From the NCBI GenBank assembly GCA_001629255.1, contig LURZ01000009.1:20876-84875 (forward strand): a DNA stretch of 64,000 bases. The letters run 5' to 3'. Position numbers and translations under genes: made by a program. The notes under the pieces were generated by a model, which was given only the letters and a program-made list of their open reading frames with translations, did no database searches and was not told the DNA's origin. Positions 30,391 to 40,335 of this stretch are shown here, in pieces. Position 1 is the stretch's first letter. The number at the start of each line of letters is the position of its first letter. Source of the DNA: Marine group II euryarchaeote REDSEA-S42_B7. GTDB lineage: Archaea; Thermoplasmatota; Poseidoniia; Poseidoniales; Thalassarchaeaceae.

Positions 30391-30461
30391 GGGCGCCTTG
30401 CGCCCATCCGAACCCCCATGCCAAACTGGCAAAATAGGGGGCAAGGCCCCGGTTTGGGGCC
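30391..30461 (+). promoter_or_regulatory. Cluster of three GC-rich hairpins upstream of dnaG (candidate structured leader)
   Basis: GGGCG/CGCCC (30391-30405); CCCCC-TGCCA/TGGCA-GGGGG (30413-30441); GGCCCC/GGGGCC (30445-30461). Confidence 0.5.
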
Positions 30462-30484
30462 GAGAAGCAAAGGATTTGAAAAAT

Positions 30485-31654
30485 ATGGCAAATGAAGGAA
30501 AATACGTAATACATGCAACAATTAGAGTAGACGGTACCGTAGCGCGCAAAGACGTCGTAGGTGCTATTTTCGGCCAGACCGAGGGACTCCTAGGAGAAGG
30601 GCTGCAGCTAAGGAAACTCCAGCAGACCGGGAGAATCGGACACGTGGATGTGAGTTTAAACAACCACAAGGGACGTGTCCAGGGAACTCTAGAAGTCTCT
30701 TCCTCGATAGATCAGGTTAGCACTGCAGTAATCGGTGCTGCGCTTGAGACTATCGATAGGATAGGGCCATGCAAGGCCGTAATCAAGGTAAAGGAGATAG
30801 AGAATGTTAGGTCTGCTAAGAGAGACCACGTCATCGACAGAGCAAAGCAGCTTCTCCTGAACATTGTGAACTCTGCATCCGGGGAGTCAAAGAACATCCT
30901 CGATGAGGTCAGAGCAGTGTTGACACTCGATACAGAGACAGACTACCAAGAGATGACTGCCGGTCCGAATGTGAAGAACTCGGACGCCATCATTATAGTT
31001 GAAGGTAGAAATGATGTCCGAAACCTACTGAAATACGGAATTAACAATGCTATCGCGACTATGGGTTCCGGAATCAAGCCGGAACTGGCGGAATTGGCAT
31101 CCAAGAAGAAGACAGTTACCGCTTTCCTGGATGGAGATCGAGGTGGCAAACTTCTGCTAATGGAGATCAGCGGTACACTAGGAAAGTCACTGACTCATGT
31201 AGCATTTGCGCCGCAAAGTAGGGAAGTAGAGCATCTGGAGGGCAAGGTCGTGACCAAGTGCCTAGGACAGAAAGAACCGGCATCCAAGGCCGTCGCAAGG
31301 ATTCAGACAGAAATCCAGAAGGACGACGACGCATCGGTCGGAAAAGGAAAACCGACTATGGAAGCATCAGATGAGATCAAGGGATGGGCACCGATGATGG
31401 ACGGACTCAAGAGAAACTACACAGTAATTGTCCAGGCCGATGGAAGTGGCTCTGAGCCTGTAAGTGCGAAGGACCTAGAGGCTGCTCTCGGCGAAACCGA
31501 AGGAGCCCAAGGACTAGTCTTCTCTGGCAAGGTGACAGATCGGATTCATGAGCTAGCCTCGGGCGCTGGGATAAACAATGTCGTAGGTAAGACAGTGGGC
31601 CCTCAATCTTTGAAACTTGGAGTTCAGGCCTACTCGATAAGAGATTTGGAATGA
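30485..31654 (+). CDS. dnaG: Archaeal DnaG (Toprim primase / exosome-associated protein)
   Basis: DVVGAIFGQTEGLLG, LETIDRIGPC, IIVEGRNDV, FLDGDRGG; start ATG 30485. Confidence 0.95.
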   Translation: MANEGKYVIHATIRVDGTVARKDVVGAIFGQTEGLLGEGLQLRKLQQTGRIGHVDVSLNNHKGRVQGTLEVSSSIDQVSTAVIGAALETIDRIGPCKAVIKVKEIENVRSAKRDHVIDRAKQLLLNIVNSASGESKNILDEVRAVLTLDTETDYQEMTAGPNVKNSDAIIIVEGRNDVRNLLKYGINNAIATMGSGIKPELAELASKKKTVTAFLDGDRGGKLLLMEISGTLGKSLTHVAFAPQSREVEHLEGKVVTKCLGQKEPASKAVARIQTEIQKDDDASVGKGKPTMEASDEIKGWAPMMDGLKRNYTVIVQADGSGSEPVSAKDLEAALGETEGAQGLVFSGKVTDRIHELASGAGINNVVGKTVGPQSLKLGVQAYSIRDLE

Positions 31655-31760
31655 GATACAACTAACACTTGTATGGCTGATGTTTGGCCCAGGGTTAATG
31701 GCCATCTGAGGGGCGTTCATAGCAGAAGCCATCAAAAGTCTCTCATGCCCGCTGGGAGCG

Positions 31761-34049
31761 ATGCAAGAGACCACCATGGTCGTCATGACTCTCTACGGGA
31801 TACTGTCGATCACTCTATTTGTTTTGTGGATAAAGCACAAGTCTGTACTTAGACAGAGACAGAAGCTTGCATCTAAGATCGGTTCGATGAAAGGCAATCT
31901 GGTACAAACCTCGGAGAAGCTAGATCTTCTTTCCAGGGGCGTCGACACCATTCTTTCCGACGCTCCTGAAGTCCATGATCTACTGGGAGTACACAAGTCG
32001 CTAGAGGCAGCAGAGTCGTTACTGTTCAATCAAGGCATACCAGTCAGTAATAGCGAGTCATGCGCAATAGCGAGCCATGCAGCCAGGTCTTTGCTAGAGC
32101 ATTACGAAGAAGGCGACCCTGAAGAAGAGAGGATAATAATCCAGGGACTTAAACCGCTCTCTAAGAGACTAGCTGCCATCCTCACAGAGGCTGAGATGAA
32201 GGCTGAGGATGTTGAACTGTCTGCCAATGAGCATCGGAGATTGGGTGAGCTTTTCCACTCCATCGAAAGGTTTGATTGGGCCGCAGACTGCTACCACAGA
32301 GCTAACGACTTAGATCCAGAGGACGAAACAGTTCTCCGCTCGCTGTCTGACATCCAGAGGAAAAGCGGGGATCTCGACTCTCTTGATAGGACACTAGAGA
32401 GGCTGCTTGCGATTGCTCCAGATGATATCAACCTACTAAATGAGCAACTCGTTTTGTTGGACGGTACTGAAGACGAACGATATGGTAGAAACACGAAGAG
32501 GCTAGAGGGCTTGGGCGCCTCGACATCTCTATCAGCATCAGATAGTGATCTTTCTCAAATATCCCAGAGAGCGAAGGAGTCAGATGACGGGGGCAATTAT
32601 TCTTCAGAAACCGCATCTACTTTGATCGAAAAGGCGACCAAGCAACTGATTCTTGGAGAGTTCAGATCTGCACTGGAGTCGGTAGAGTCGGCAATCAAGA
32701 GGGATCAAAATTTTGGCCAGGCATGGATACTCAAGGCCAGATTGGTTGCTGCTGAGGCTGGCCCTTTGAAAGACGCAATAAAATCCCTGAGAAGGGCCAA
32801 TGCTTTAGGAGAATATACTGTTATTTTAGAGTCCGAGATACTCGAAAATGACGGTAGGACAGATGCCTCAATAGAGGTTCTAGAGGAACATCTCCATAAC
32901 TCTCCAGGAGACTCTGAGGCCAGAGGTAGATTGAGTCAACTCTGGTTAAGCAGCGGATCACCGGACTCCGCTCGCCAAACTCTGGAAGAAGCACCAGAGG
33001 AAGCCTGGAGCTCGTCTACATTGCATATCATGAAAGGAAGGCTCTGTCTAGTTGACGCAGACCATCATCGTGATGAGACCGGCAAAGTCGATCAGATTCC
33101 AGTGATTGACGCACTCGTCTCTTTCGATAGGGCGATTGAGATTGATAGGGAGTCAGGTTTAGCCTGGCTTGGGAGGGCTAGAGCACTTAGATACCAAGGA
33201 GCCTTCGATGAGGCAGAAGTTGCTCTGGTGAGGGCACGGAGGCTGATTCCAGAACACCCTTCGATTTCGCTGGAGGAGGCACAGTTATTCTTGGAGATTG
33301 GAGACTTGGAGCAGGCAAACGCACTTACATTGGAGGCAACAACTACTCTGAAGGACAATCAAACCGTACCGTTCATCCGGGGCATCATCGCAGCTAAGCA
33401 CGGTCGTTTCAGGGAGGCGATCAAGCTATTCTCCGATACTCTAAGTTTCGACCCAAAACATGCCAGGGCCAGACTAAACAGATCATCAGCGGCCCTTCTC
33501 TGTGACGATCTGGCAATGGCATTAGATGATGCCACCCAATTGGTGGAGGAGCGACCCAACCATGAACTTGGTCGCTTGAGGAAGTCGGAGATACTGATGA
33601 ATCAGGGCGATTGGGAAAATGCTGAATTCGAGTTAAGAGAGCTCCTAAAATTAAGTCATAACCATTCGATGGGACTGGTCCACTTGGGTACATGTATGAT
33701 AGCAATGGGCAGGTCAGAACAGGCGGAGAAACCTCTAAACAAAGCTATAGAGGAGAATCCCAAACTCTCGGAAGCTTGGTATCAAAGAGGACTTCTTTAC
33801 CTTGACTTCGGAAGATCCGAAAAGGCAATTTCTGATTTTGAGGCTGCAGTCAGGACCGACCCACAGCACCTGGACGCGAGACTCCGTATCGCTGCAATTC
33901 TCCATGAAGGTAAAGATGTGGAGAAAGCCGCTACAGCTTGGCGGAAGGTCCTCGATGTTGACTCTCAGAACAGACTGGCAAGGAGGAGATTGGAAGAGTG
34001 CCGAGAGCAAATCAATACCAAGAGGGAGGCCCTCGTTCCAAAGGATTGA
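31761..34049 (+). CDS. Membrane-anchored tetratricopeptide repeat protein
   Basis: N-terminal TM plus coiled coil, many TPR-like repeats (e.g. AWYQRGLLYLDFGRSEKAISDFEAAVRTDP). Confidence 0.88.
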   Translation: MQETTMVVMTLYGILSITLFVLWIKHKSVLRQRQKLASKIGSMKGNLVQTSEKLDLLSRGVDTILSDAPEVHDLLGVHKSLEAAESLLFNQGIPVSNSESCAIASHAARSLLEHYEEGDPEEERIIIQGLKPLSKRLAAILTEAEMKAEDVELSANEHRRLGELFHSIERFDWAADCYHRANDLDPEDETVLRSLSDIQRKSGDLDSLDRTLERLLAIAPDDINLLNEQLVLLDGTEDERYGRNTKRLEGLGASTSLSASDSDLSQISQRAKESDDGGNYSSETASTLIEKATKQLILGEFRSALESVESAIKRDQNFGQAWILKARLVAAEAGPLKDAIKSLRRANALGEYTVILESEILENDGRTDASIEVLEEHLHNSPGDSEARGRLSQLWLSSGSPDSARQTLEEAPEEAWSSSTLHIMKGRLCLVDADHHRDETGKVDQIPVIDALVSFDRAIEIDRESGLAWLGRARALRYQGAFDEAEVALVRARRLIPEHPSISLEEAQLFLEIGDLEQANALTLEATTTLKDNQTVPFIRGIIAAKHGRFREAIKLFSDTLSFDPKHARARLNRSSAALLCDDLAMALDDATQLVEERPNHELGRLRKSEILMNQGDWENAEFELRELLKLSHNHSMGLVHLGTCMIAMGRSEQAEKPLNKAIEENPKLSEAWYQRGLLYLDFGRSEKAISDFEAAVRTDPQHLDARLRIAAILHEGKDVEKAATAWRKVLDVDSQNRLARRRLEECREQINTKREALVPKD

Positions 34050-34075
34050 ACAATGTGCTACCTTGACGCTAGGAT

Positions 34076-34630
34076 ATGCATTCCTTGAAGAAACTTGAAC
34101 CGGGAGAATCGGCCCCTAATTTCGAACTTCCAAACGCCAACGAAAACTCAGGCGGCCATACCATCACACTCAGTGATGCCATGGGAGAGAACGGCGCTGT
34201 GGTCTTCTTCACTTGCAATCACTGCCCGTATGTAGTGGGGTCAGAGCCCAGAATAGAGGACGCAGCTAATGTAGCCAGAAGCAAGGGTCTGGGATTCGTT
34301 GGAATCAACTCAAATGACCCAGTCAAGTATGAATCGGATTCGTGGGAGAACATGGTAAAGAGAGCTAACAAGGGTATGTCATACCCATATCTCCACGACT
34401 CAACACAGGAGGTTGCAATTGCCTACAGCGCTGAGAGGACCCCAGAGTTCTACCTCCTGAATAAGGAATCAATCGTAGTTTACAGGGGTCGCCTGGACGA
34501 CTCTCCCAGAGATCCGTCACACGCTACCACTTCCGAACTAGACGACGCAATAAACGAACTTATCTCTGGCAAGAATGTGTCTATTTCCAGGACAGAGAGC
34601 ATCGGTTGCTCAGTAAAGTGGAAGGAATAG
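34076..34630 (+). CDS. Thioredoxin-fold AhpC/TSA-like protein
   Basis: FTCNHCPYV, INSND, YLHDSTQEVA, YRGRLDD, IGCSVKW. Confidence 0.92.
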   Translation: MHSLKKLEPGESAPNFELPNANENSGGHTITLSDAMGENGAVVFFTCNHCPYVVGSEPRIEDAANVARSKGLGFVGINSNDPVKYESDSWENMVKRANKGMSYPYLHDSTQEVAIAYSAERTPEFYLLNKESIVVYRGRLDDSPRDPSHATTSELDDAINELISGKNVSISRTESIGCSVKWKE

Positions 34631-34638
34631 GTGCTAAT

Positions 34639-35460
34639 TTGTCAACTGGCATCCCTGCGAGGATATTCTACTCTGTAATGCTACTGGCTCCTTCCGGGAT
34701 TAGGATGAGAATGTGGAGGGGACTATACCAGAGGATGGCAAGATCGCAGAAAGACTCCAATTTCAGATTCATGAACTATGGATTCACCGATGGAGATGAA
34801 CTCGATTTATCGCCAGAGGACGAGGGAGACAGGCTATTCATCCAACTTTACAACATGAACATTAGGGATGTCGAGATTGAGGGAAAGGAAGTCCTCGAAG
34901 TAGGGTCTGGAAGGGGAGGAGGAGCGAGTTGGATATCAAGGAAATACAACCCAAAATCCCTTCTTGCCGTCGACTATTCAGATGAGGCGATACGACTCTC
35001 TCAAGGGTGGTTTTCAGACCAGGATAATTTAGAATTCAGGGTTGGAAACGCTCAGCGACTTACATTACCAGATCAATCGTTTGATATCGTGTACAATGTC
35101 GAATCATCCCATTGCTATGCTGATATTACAGCCTTCATCTCTGAGGTATTCAGGGTCCTGAGGCCAGGTGGAAAGTTCTGCTGGACCGATATGAGGGATA
35201 AGAAGACCATGGAGAAAATGCATGAGAGTTTCGTCCACTCCGGATTTACCATTGATTCATGGACAGACGTCACTGAAAACGTAGTTGACGCATTGGATAT
35301 TATCGATGAGGGCAGGAGGGAGATGATACGCCAAAGTGCTCCGCCTTCTCTCAGGAAAAGCTTCGAGACCTTCGGAGGAGTGCCCGGCACTCCTGTTTAC
35401 GAGGCACTAAAGGCACGGAGAATTCAGTATTTCAGATATCTTCTCTGCAAACCCGAATAG
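34639..35460 (+). CDS. Class I SAM-dependent methyltransferase
   Basis: FMNYG, VLEVGSGRGGG, NVESSHCY, RVLRPGG; TTG start 5 nt after GGTG. Confidence 0.88.
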   Translation: MSTGIPARIFYSVMLLAPSGIRMRMWRGLYQRMARSQKDSNFRFMNYGFTDGDELDLSPEDEGDRLFIQLYNMNIRDVEIEGKEVLEVGSGRGGGASWISRKYNPKSLLAVDYSDEAIRLSQGWFSDQDNLEFRVGNAQRLTLPDQSFDIVYNVESSHCYADITAFISEVFRVLRPGGKFCWTDMRDKKTMEKMHESFVHSGFTIDSWTDVTENVVDALDIIDEGRREMIRQSAPPSLRKSFETFGGVPGTPVYEALKARRIQYFRYLLCKPE

Positions 35461-35474
35461 ACAATATTCCTACT

Positions 35475-35897
35475 CTAGTACTGCTCTAAGACTAGTTCGG
35501 TCTGAGTCGAACTGATGTCTCCGGGTGCTGCTAACCACATTCTGTCCAGCATGTCCCTCAGAGCCACGGTATCGTCAACGTGAACCACCGCAACTAGATC
35601 TGCGTCGCCACTTATTTCGTATACGCACTCCACGCCAGCCCATCCCGAGAACTCACCAGCCAGAGAACCAATCTCGGTACCCGAACCAACTTTGAGACGA
35701 ATCAGCGCAGTGAGCCCTATTCCGGACTCTCTAACCGTATATCCTCTGATTACCCCCTCATCCTCAAGCCTTTTGATCCTAGTTCGGACAGTCCTCTCTG
35801 TGACTCCGACTCCTTTGGCTATCTCTACGTAGGGCGCCCTTGCAGACTCTCTGAGGAAGGATAGAATAGATCTGTCTAGTGAATCAACATTACTCAT
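35475..35897 (-). CDS. Lrp/AsnC family transcriptional regulator
   Basis: LDRSILSFLRESARAPYVEIAKGVGVTERTVRTRIKRLEDEGVI HTH; YEISGDADL RAM domain. Confidence 0.93.
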   Translation of the reverse strand: MSNVDSLDRSILSFLRESARAPYVEIAKGVGVTERTVRTRIKRLEDEGVIRGYTVRESGIGLTALIRLKVGSGTEIGSLAGEFSGWAGVECVYEISGDADLVAVVHVDDTVALRDMLDRMWLAAPGDISSTQTELVLEQY

Positions 35898-36039
35898 GCT
35901 CTTTTCCGAAAAACATGCAACTTATGGTTATTTCTTGGTGTTATGGAACATTTTTTTTCATAAAAACACACTTTTCTAGTCATTGTTTAAGTCGATAAAA
36001 TTGGTTGTATTGAAATGGGACGGCCTACTCTGTTTTGTC

Positions 36040-36474
36040 ATGGGTAAGGAGGAAGCAGTCTCCCAACTCAGGATTCAGGAGTATCTTGATGACGTGTCTG
36101 AACTAGATATCCCCCATTCAGAGTCTCAGTGGCATCATATTGACGTGGCATCCCTGTTGGATGGAACCAAGATCGAGGGCCACGAACTTGACCCAACTAC
36201 TGGTTCCTCGCTCATCTTCCTCCCAAGGAGCGCTATGTTATGCTGCCCCAAGTCTGGTAGGATCCACCATTACCCTAAGCACCTATTGCACTGCTTCGTA
36301 GACGATAACCGTTCCAAATCTAATGATGCAGATGGGGTACTAATTAGAGCCGAACTATTCTCTATTTCACCTAATGAGGAGCAACTCTGCTGGGAATGCT
36401 CATGCAGGTCAGAGCTGGAAGTCCCAGAGATGCAGAGTAAGGTTTCTCGGTGGCTCAGTTGGCTTAACAGATAG
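36040..36474 (+). CDS. Hypothetical Cys/His-rich protein
   Basis: Open frame divergent from lrp; CCPKSGRIHHYP, HCF, CWECSC. Confidence 0.65.
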   Translation: MGKEEAVSQLRIQEYLDDVSELDIPHSESQWHHIDVASLLDGTKIEGHELDPTTGSSLIFLPRSAMLCCPKSGRIHHYPKHLLHCFVDDNRSKSNDADGVLIRAELFSISPNEEQLCWECSCRSELEVPEMQSKVSRWLSWLNR

Positions 36475-36521
36475 CGATTCGAATCGCTACCTTGAGAAGT
36501 CAGGGTCTCGTGGGAGAGTTA

Positions 36522-37766
36522 ATGGGTGCCGCTATCAGCGACATCTTCGCTAGGGCCATCATCGATTCAAGAGGGAATCCAACCGTTGAAGTCGACTGCT
36601 ATGTCGACGGTGTATTGAAGGGTAGGGCAGCGGTTCCTTCAGGAGCAAGCACTGGAACCCACGAAGCAGTAGAATTGAGAGATGGCGGGACACAATGGAT
36701 GGGCAAGGGGGTTCAAGAGGCGGTTGACAATGTCAACGGTCCAATCAGAGAGGCACTTGTCGGAATGAATCCTTCTGAACAGGAAAGTATTGACTCTCTC
36801 CTGATAAAATTGGACGGCTCTGAGAACAAAGGTTCCTTGGGGGCCAATGCCATATTGGGAGCCTCACTGGCCTGCTTGAGGGCTTCTTCAGACGGAGAAC
36901 TTTGGAAGCATATCTGTCACGGAGACGAGATCAGCCTCCCAGTTCCGATGATGAATATTCTAAACGGCGGAGCACACGCCGAATCGAATGTCGATGTCCA
37001 GGAATTCATGGTCGTCCCGCATGGTTTCCAATCCTTCTCGGAGGCTCTAAGAGCTGGAGTCGAGATTTACCATTCCCTCAAGACCAACTTAAAGCAAGAG
37101 GGACTGCTTGGTGGAGTCGGGGACGAAGGTGGCTTCGCCCCGAACCTTTCCAGGAACGAAGAAGGACTGCGTTTGGTCAGAGAGGCAATAGAGGTAGCAG
37201 GATACGCTCCGGGGAAAGAGGTCTCCATAGCCTTAGACGTAGCAGCACAGGAATTCTTCGATGGCTCAAACTACCTAATTGATGGGGAACTAATATCTGG
37301 AGCAAACCTCGGTAGAAAATACTCAGATTGGTTGGATGAGTATCCGATCGTGTCAATCGAGGATCCATTCGGAGAGGACGATTGGGACTCTTGGAAGGAA
37401 TTCACCTCCAGAGAAGGACACAGGGTACAGATAGTCGGTGATGACCTGTATGTGACTAATCCTAAGAGGCTCGAGAAGGGAATCTCTATTCAGGCCTCAA
37501 ATGCTATACTAATCAAATTGAACCAGATTGGGACCTTCACTGAGACTATGGAAGTGATTCGCAAGTCAAGAGAGGCTGGTTTTGGGACTATAATCAGTCA
37601 TAGGTCAGGAGAGACTTCTGACGACATAATTTCCGATTTGGCCGTTGGCACAAACTCAATGCAGATCAAGACGGGGGCACCGGCTAGGTCAGACAGGACA
37701 TCGAAGTACAACCAACTGATTCGAATATCAGAGGAGGTTGGGAACTACTCTCAACTATTCCAATGA
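36522..37766 (+). CDS. eno: Enolase
   Basis: DSRGNPTVEVD, PSGASTG, GDEGGFAP, VGDDL, SHRSGET, KTGAPARSDR. Confidence 0.97.
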   Translation: MGAAISDIFARAIIDSRGNPTVEVDCYVDGVLKGRAAVPSGASTGTHEAVELRDGGTQWMGKGVQEAVDNVNGPIREALVGMNPSEQESIDSLLIKLDGSENKGSLGANAILGASLACLRASSDGELWKHICHGDEISLPVPMMNILNGGAHAESNVDVQEFMVVPHGFQSFSEALRAGVEIYHSLKTNLKQEGLLGGVGDEGGFAPNLSRNEEGLRLVREAIEVAGYAPGKEVSIALDVAAQEFFDGSNYLIDGELISGANLGRKYSDWLDEYPIVSIEDPFGEDDWDSWKEFTSREGHRVQIVGDDLYVTNPKRLEKGISIQASNAILIKLNQIGTFTETMEVIRKSREAGFGTIISHRSGETSDDIISDLAVGTNSMQIKTGAPARSDRTSKYNQLIRISEEVGNYSQLFQ

Positions 37767-38699
37767 GCAAAGGATCAGGGGAAGTACGATGCTTGCATCT
37801 GACTCGATTACGAACTGAGGAGTCTCGACTCCCAATTTGCCCCAGCTAATCTTCTCAGTTGGAGGAGCTCCAGAATAGCCGCCGTATGAAGGACTGGACT
37901 CAGAGATTTGAGCAAACCATGCCCAAAGTGGAACCTCCACTCCCGCGTCCTGCCTAAGCATAGGTACGACTGAGATCGCGAAATCTCCTGAAATTCCGCC
38001 TCCAACTTGTAGCATACCCGTGGGAGAGTCGTCCTCTCGATACCAATCCGCAAGAGATTGCATCGCGTCTAATCCACCTCTCACAATCGCATTGCTCTTG
38101 AGCGTGCAGTCTATGACCTTAGCAGAAAGCAGGTTCCCGAGTGTTGAGTCCTCCCAGCCAGGGGTGAAAATAGGAAGATTAGCATCAGCAGCCGCTACTA
38201 ACCACGAATCATCAGGTGCCGAGAAGACATCGAGGTCTCCGTGAAGTAGGAGGTCGTATACGTATTCGTGCGGGAAGCGACTGTCCCCCACGGCCTCGGA
38301 TTCCTCCCACAGTGACATCAATGATTCCCCCACCTTGGTGAACGTACTTTCCGGGATTGCTACGTCAGTAACACGATTCATTCCTCTTTGGTGAAGCTCA
38401 GCATCCTCTTCCTTGCTCTGATGTCTCCAGTTTGGAACATGCTCGTATTCAGATCTAGAGAAGAGGCCAAACAACTCCTCTTCCAGATTTGCTCCGGTGC
38501 AGCAAATTGCATGCACTTTCTGAGACCTGATTGCAGGGGCTAGGCTCTTTCCGACCTCTGCAGTGGACATCGCTCCTGCTAGAGTGATCATCAGTCTCCC
38601 TCCTCCATCTAGGAACTCCCTAAGGGAATCTATGCATTTCGCCAGCTCACCGGCATTGAAGTGGGAATAGTGGGTTTCGATGAAGTCCCTAATTCCCAT
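37755..38699 (-). CDS. Deoxyhypusine synthase-like protein (bacterial-type; possible homospermidine synthase)
   Basis: LAGAMSTAE, CTGANLEE, NRVTDV, VGGGISGDF, GGYSGAPPTEKISWGK (catalytic Lys). Confidence 0.9.
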   Translation of the reverse strand: MGIRDFIETHYSHFNAGELAKCIDSLREFLDGGGRLMITLAGAMSTAEVGKSLAPAIRSQKVHAICCTGANLEEELFGLFSRSEYEHVPNWRHQSKEEDAELHQRGMNRVTDVAIPESTFTKVGESLMSLWEESEAVGDSRFPHEYVYDLLLHGDLDVFSAPDDSWLVAAADANLPIFTPGWEDSTLGNLLSAKVIDCTLKSNAIVRGGLDAMQSLADWYREDDSPTGMLQVGGGISGDFAISVVPMLRQDAGVEVPLWAWFAQISESSPSYGGYSGAPPTEKISWGKLGVETPQFVIESDASIVLPLILCSLE

Positions 38700-39101
38700 C
38701 TAATCACTCCTGAATCGTTCGACTCTCTTCTCGAAAACTCTCCTCAAGCCGGGAATCTCGGATACCAGCGCGTCATTGATCATGGCTGCTACCTCAGAGG
38801 GATCGCTATCTCCACATGTGAAGACGTCGACGGCTAGAATTCCCCTCTCTGAGTAGCAATGTGCCGTTACATGGCTTTCATCGATAAGAACTACAGCAGC
38901 AAAACCAGGGGGGCTATCTTCTCCATCGAATATCTCTACGTGTGAATGGACCTCCCTCACTCCTGACTCTCTTACGCACCCCCTTAGAACCGATAGTACC
39001 CATTCTCCGTCTCCAGTTTCTCCCCTCCTGTAGTTGACATAGTCAAGAAGGACATGGGAACCCGCAGATTCGATATCGTCCACAGTCCCGAGCCAAGTCA
39101 C
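38700..39101 (-). CDS. speD: Pyruvoyl-dependent AdoMet decarboxylase (SpeD/SpeH) family proenzyme
   Basis: GSHVLLD, VLIDE|SHVTAH self-cleavage site, DVFTCG. Confidence 0.88.
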   Translation of the reverse strand: MTWLGTVDDIESAGSHVLLDYVNYRRGETGDGEWVLSVLRGCVRESGVREVHSHVEIFDGEDSPPGFAAVVLIDESHVTAHCYSERGILAVDVFTCGDSDPSEVAAMINDALVSEIPGLRRVFEKRVERFRSD

Positions 39102-39114
39102 CGAGATTTCAAAC

Positions 39115-40251
39115 TCACTCTTGCAATAGCCAGGACTTGAGTCTCCTCAAACCCTCCATAATGTCCTCTTCATCAACAGCATATGAGATCCTGACAAAAC
39201 CCTCGCCTCCTGTAATTAAAGAGGCCGGGATTAGTTGCACTCCTGCTTCTAATGCCCCATCTGCGAATTCGATATCGGTCATCCCAGTCCCTGTTACGTC
39301 TGCGAATACGTAGAAAGCACCCTCTGGTTCGGGGACCCTTATTCCTGGGATGGAAGATAGCCCTTTTGTCATCAGATTCCTTCTCTTCCTATACTCACTG
39401 TTGAACTCCTGTACCGAGTCCTCGCATTCCAGTGCTACCTTGGCTGCATCCATCATGAATGTCGGGATATGGGATGCTGAGTTGGCCTGGCTCTTCACCG
39501 CTGCTCTCATCGCCTCGCTTGGACCAGTGAGAAAACCTACTCTCATCCCGGTCATAGCCCAAGACTTTGACCAACCATTGACCACAATGGTCCTTTCCTT
39601 CCCTCCTGGAATTGTCGATGGAGAAACGTGAGGCCAATCAACCCAGACCATTCGCCCATAAATCTCGTCAGAAACTATCCACAAGTCGTTCTCAACGGCT
39701 ATATCCACAATCTCCCTGATTTCCTCAGGAGTGAATACGGCTCCAGTTGGATTGCATGGAGAATTGATGAGGATCATTTTGGTCTTCTCAGTTACGGCTT
39801 CTCTAATTGCCTCCAAATCAGGGTGGAAGCTATCCATTTTCACGTTCACATGCACGGGCACTGCTCCGATGAATTCCAGCATCGGTTCGTATGATGCCCA
39901 TGATGGGGAAAGGAGAATAGCTTCGTCTCCTGGCATAGTTGTAATCAAGAATGAGTACAGAAGAGCCTGCTTCGCCCCGGGAGTCACTACGATATCATCT
40001 GCCTCTGCCTCGATGTCATGGTGGATTCTGAGGTATTCGGAAACGGCATTGCATAGTTCTAGTGAACCCGGTCCTCTGGTGTACTTCGTCTTCCCTTCTT
40101 CGAGACCCCTAATCGCAGCATCGACGATAGGGGATGGAGTTTCGAAACCGGGTTCGCCGACGGTCCATCTGACGACCTCGGGCCCCGGAGGCTGGAGATA
40201 AGGGGCGAAACCGACACCGAGGCCCTCGAAGCGGGAAGACACATGAGGCAT
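39115..40251 (-). CDS. Class I/II PLP aminotransferase (aspartate aminotransferase-like)
   Basis: VGEPGF, TPGAKQAL, NSPCNPTG, SDEIY, GWSKSWAMTGMRVG. Confidence 0.92.
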   Translation of the reverse strand: MPHVSSRFEGLGVGFAPYLQPPGPEVVRWTVGEPGFETPSPIVDAAIRGLEEGKTKYTRGPGSLELCNAVSEYLRIHHDIEAEADDIVVTPGAKQALLYSFLITTMPGDEAILLSPSWASYEPMLEFIGAVPVHVNVKMDSFHPDLEAIREAVTEKTKMILINSPCNPTGAVFTPEEIREIVDIAVENDLWIVSDEIYGRMVWVDWPHVSPSTIPGGKERTIVVNGWSKSWAMTGMRVGFLTGPSEAMRAAVKSQANSASHIPTFMMDAAKVALECEDSVQEFNSEYRKRRNLMTKGLSSIPGIRVPEPEGAFYVFADVTGTGMTDIEFADGALEAGVQLIPASLITGGEGFVRISYAVDEEDIMEGLRRLKSWLLQE

Positions 40252-40335
40252 GCCTTTCACACCGGCACCCACCCAATGAAGGTATGCCGAAACGCGGACA
40301 GCCTTCAAGAAAGAAAGTACGGTCGGCGTGATGAA

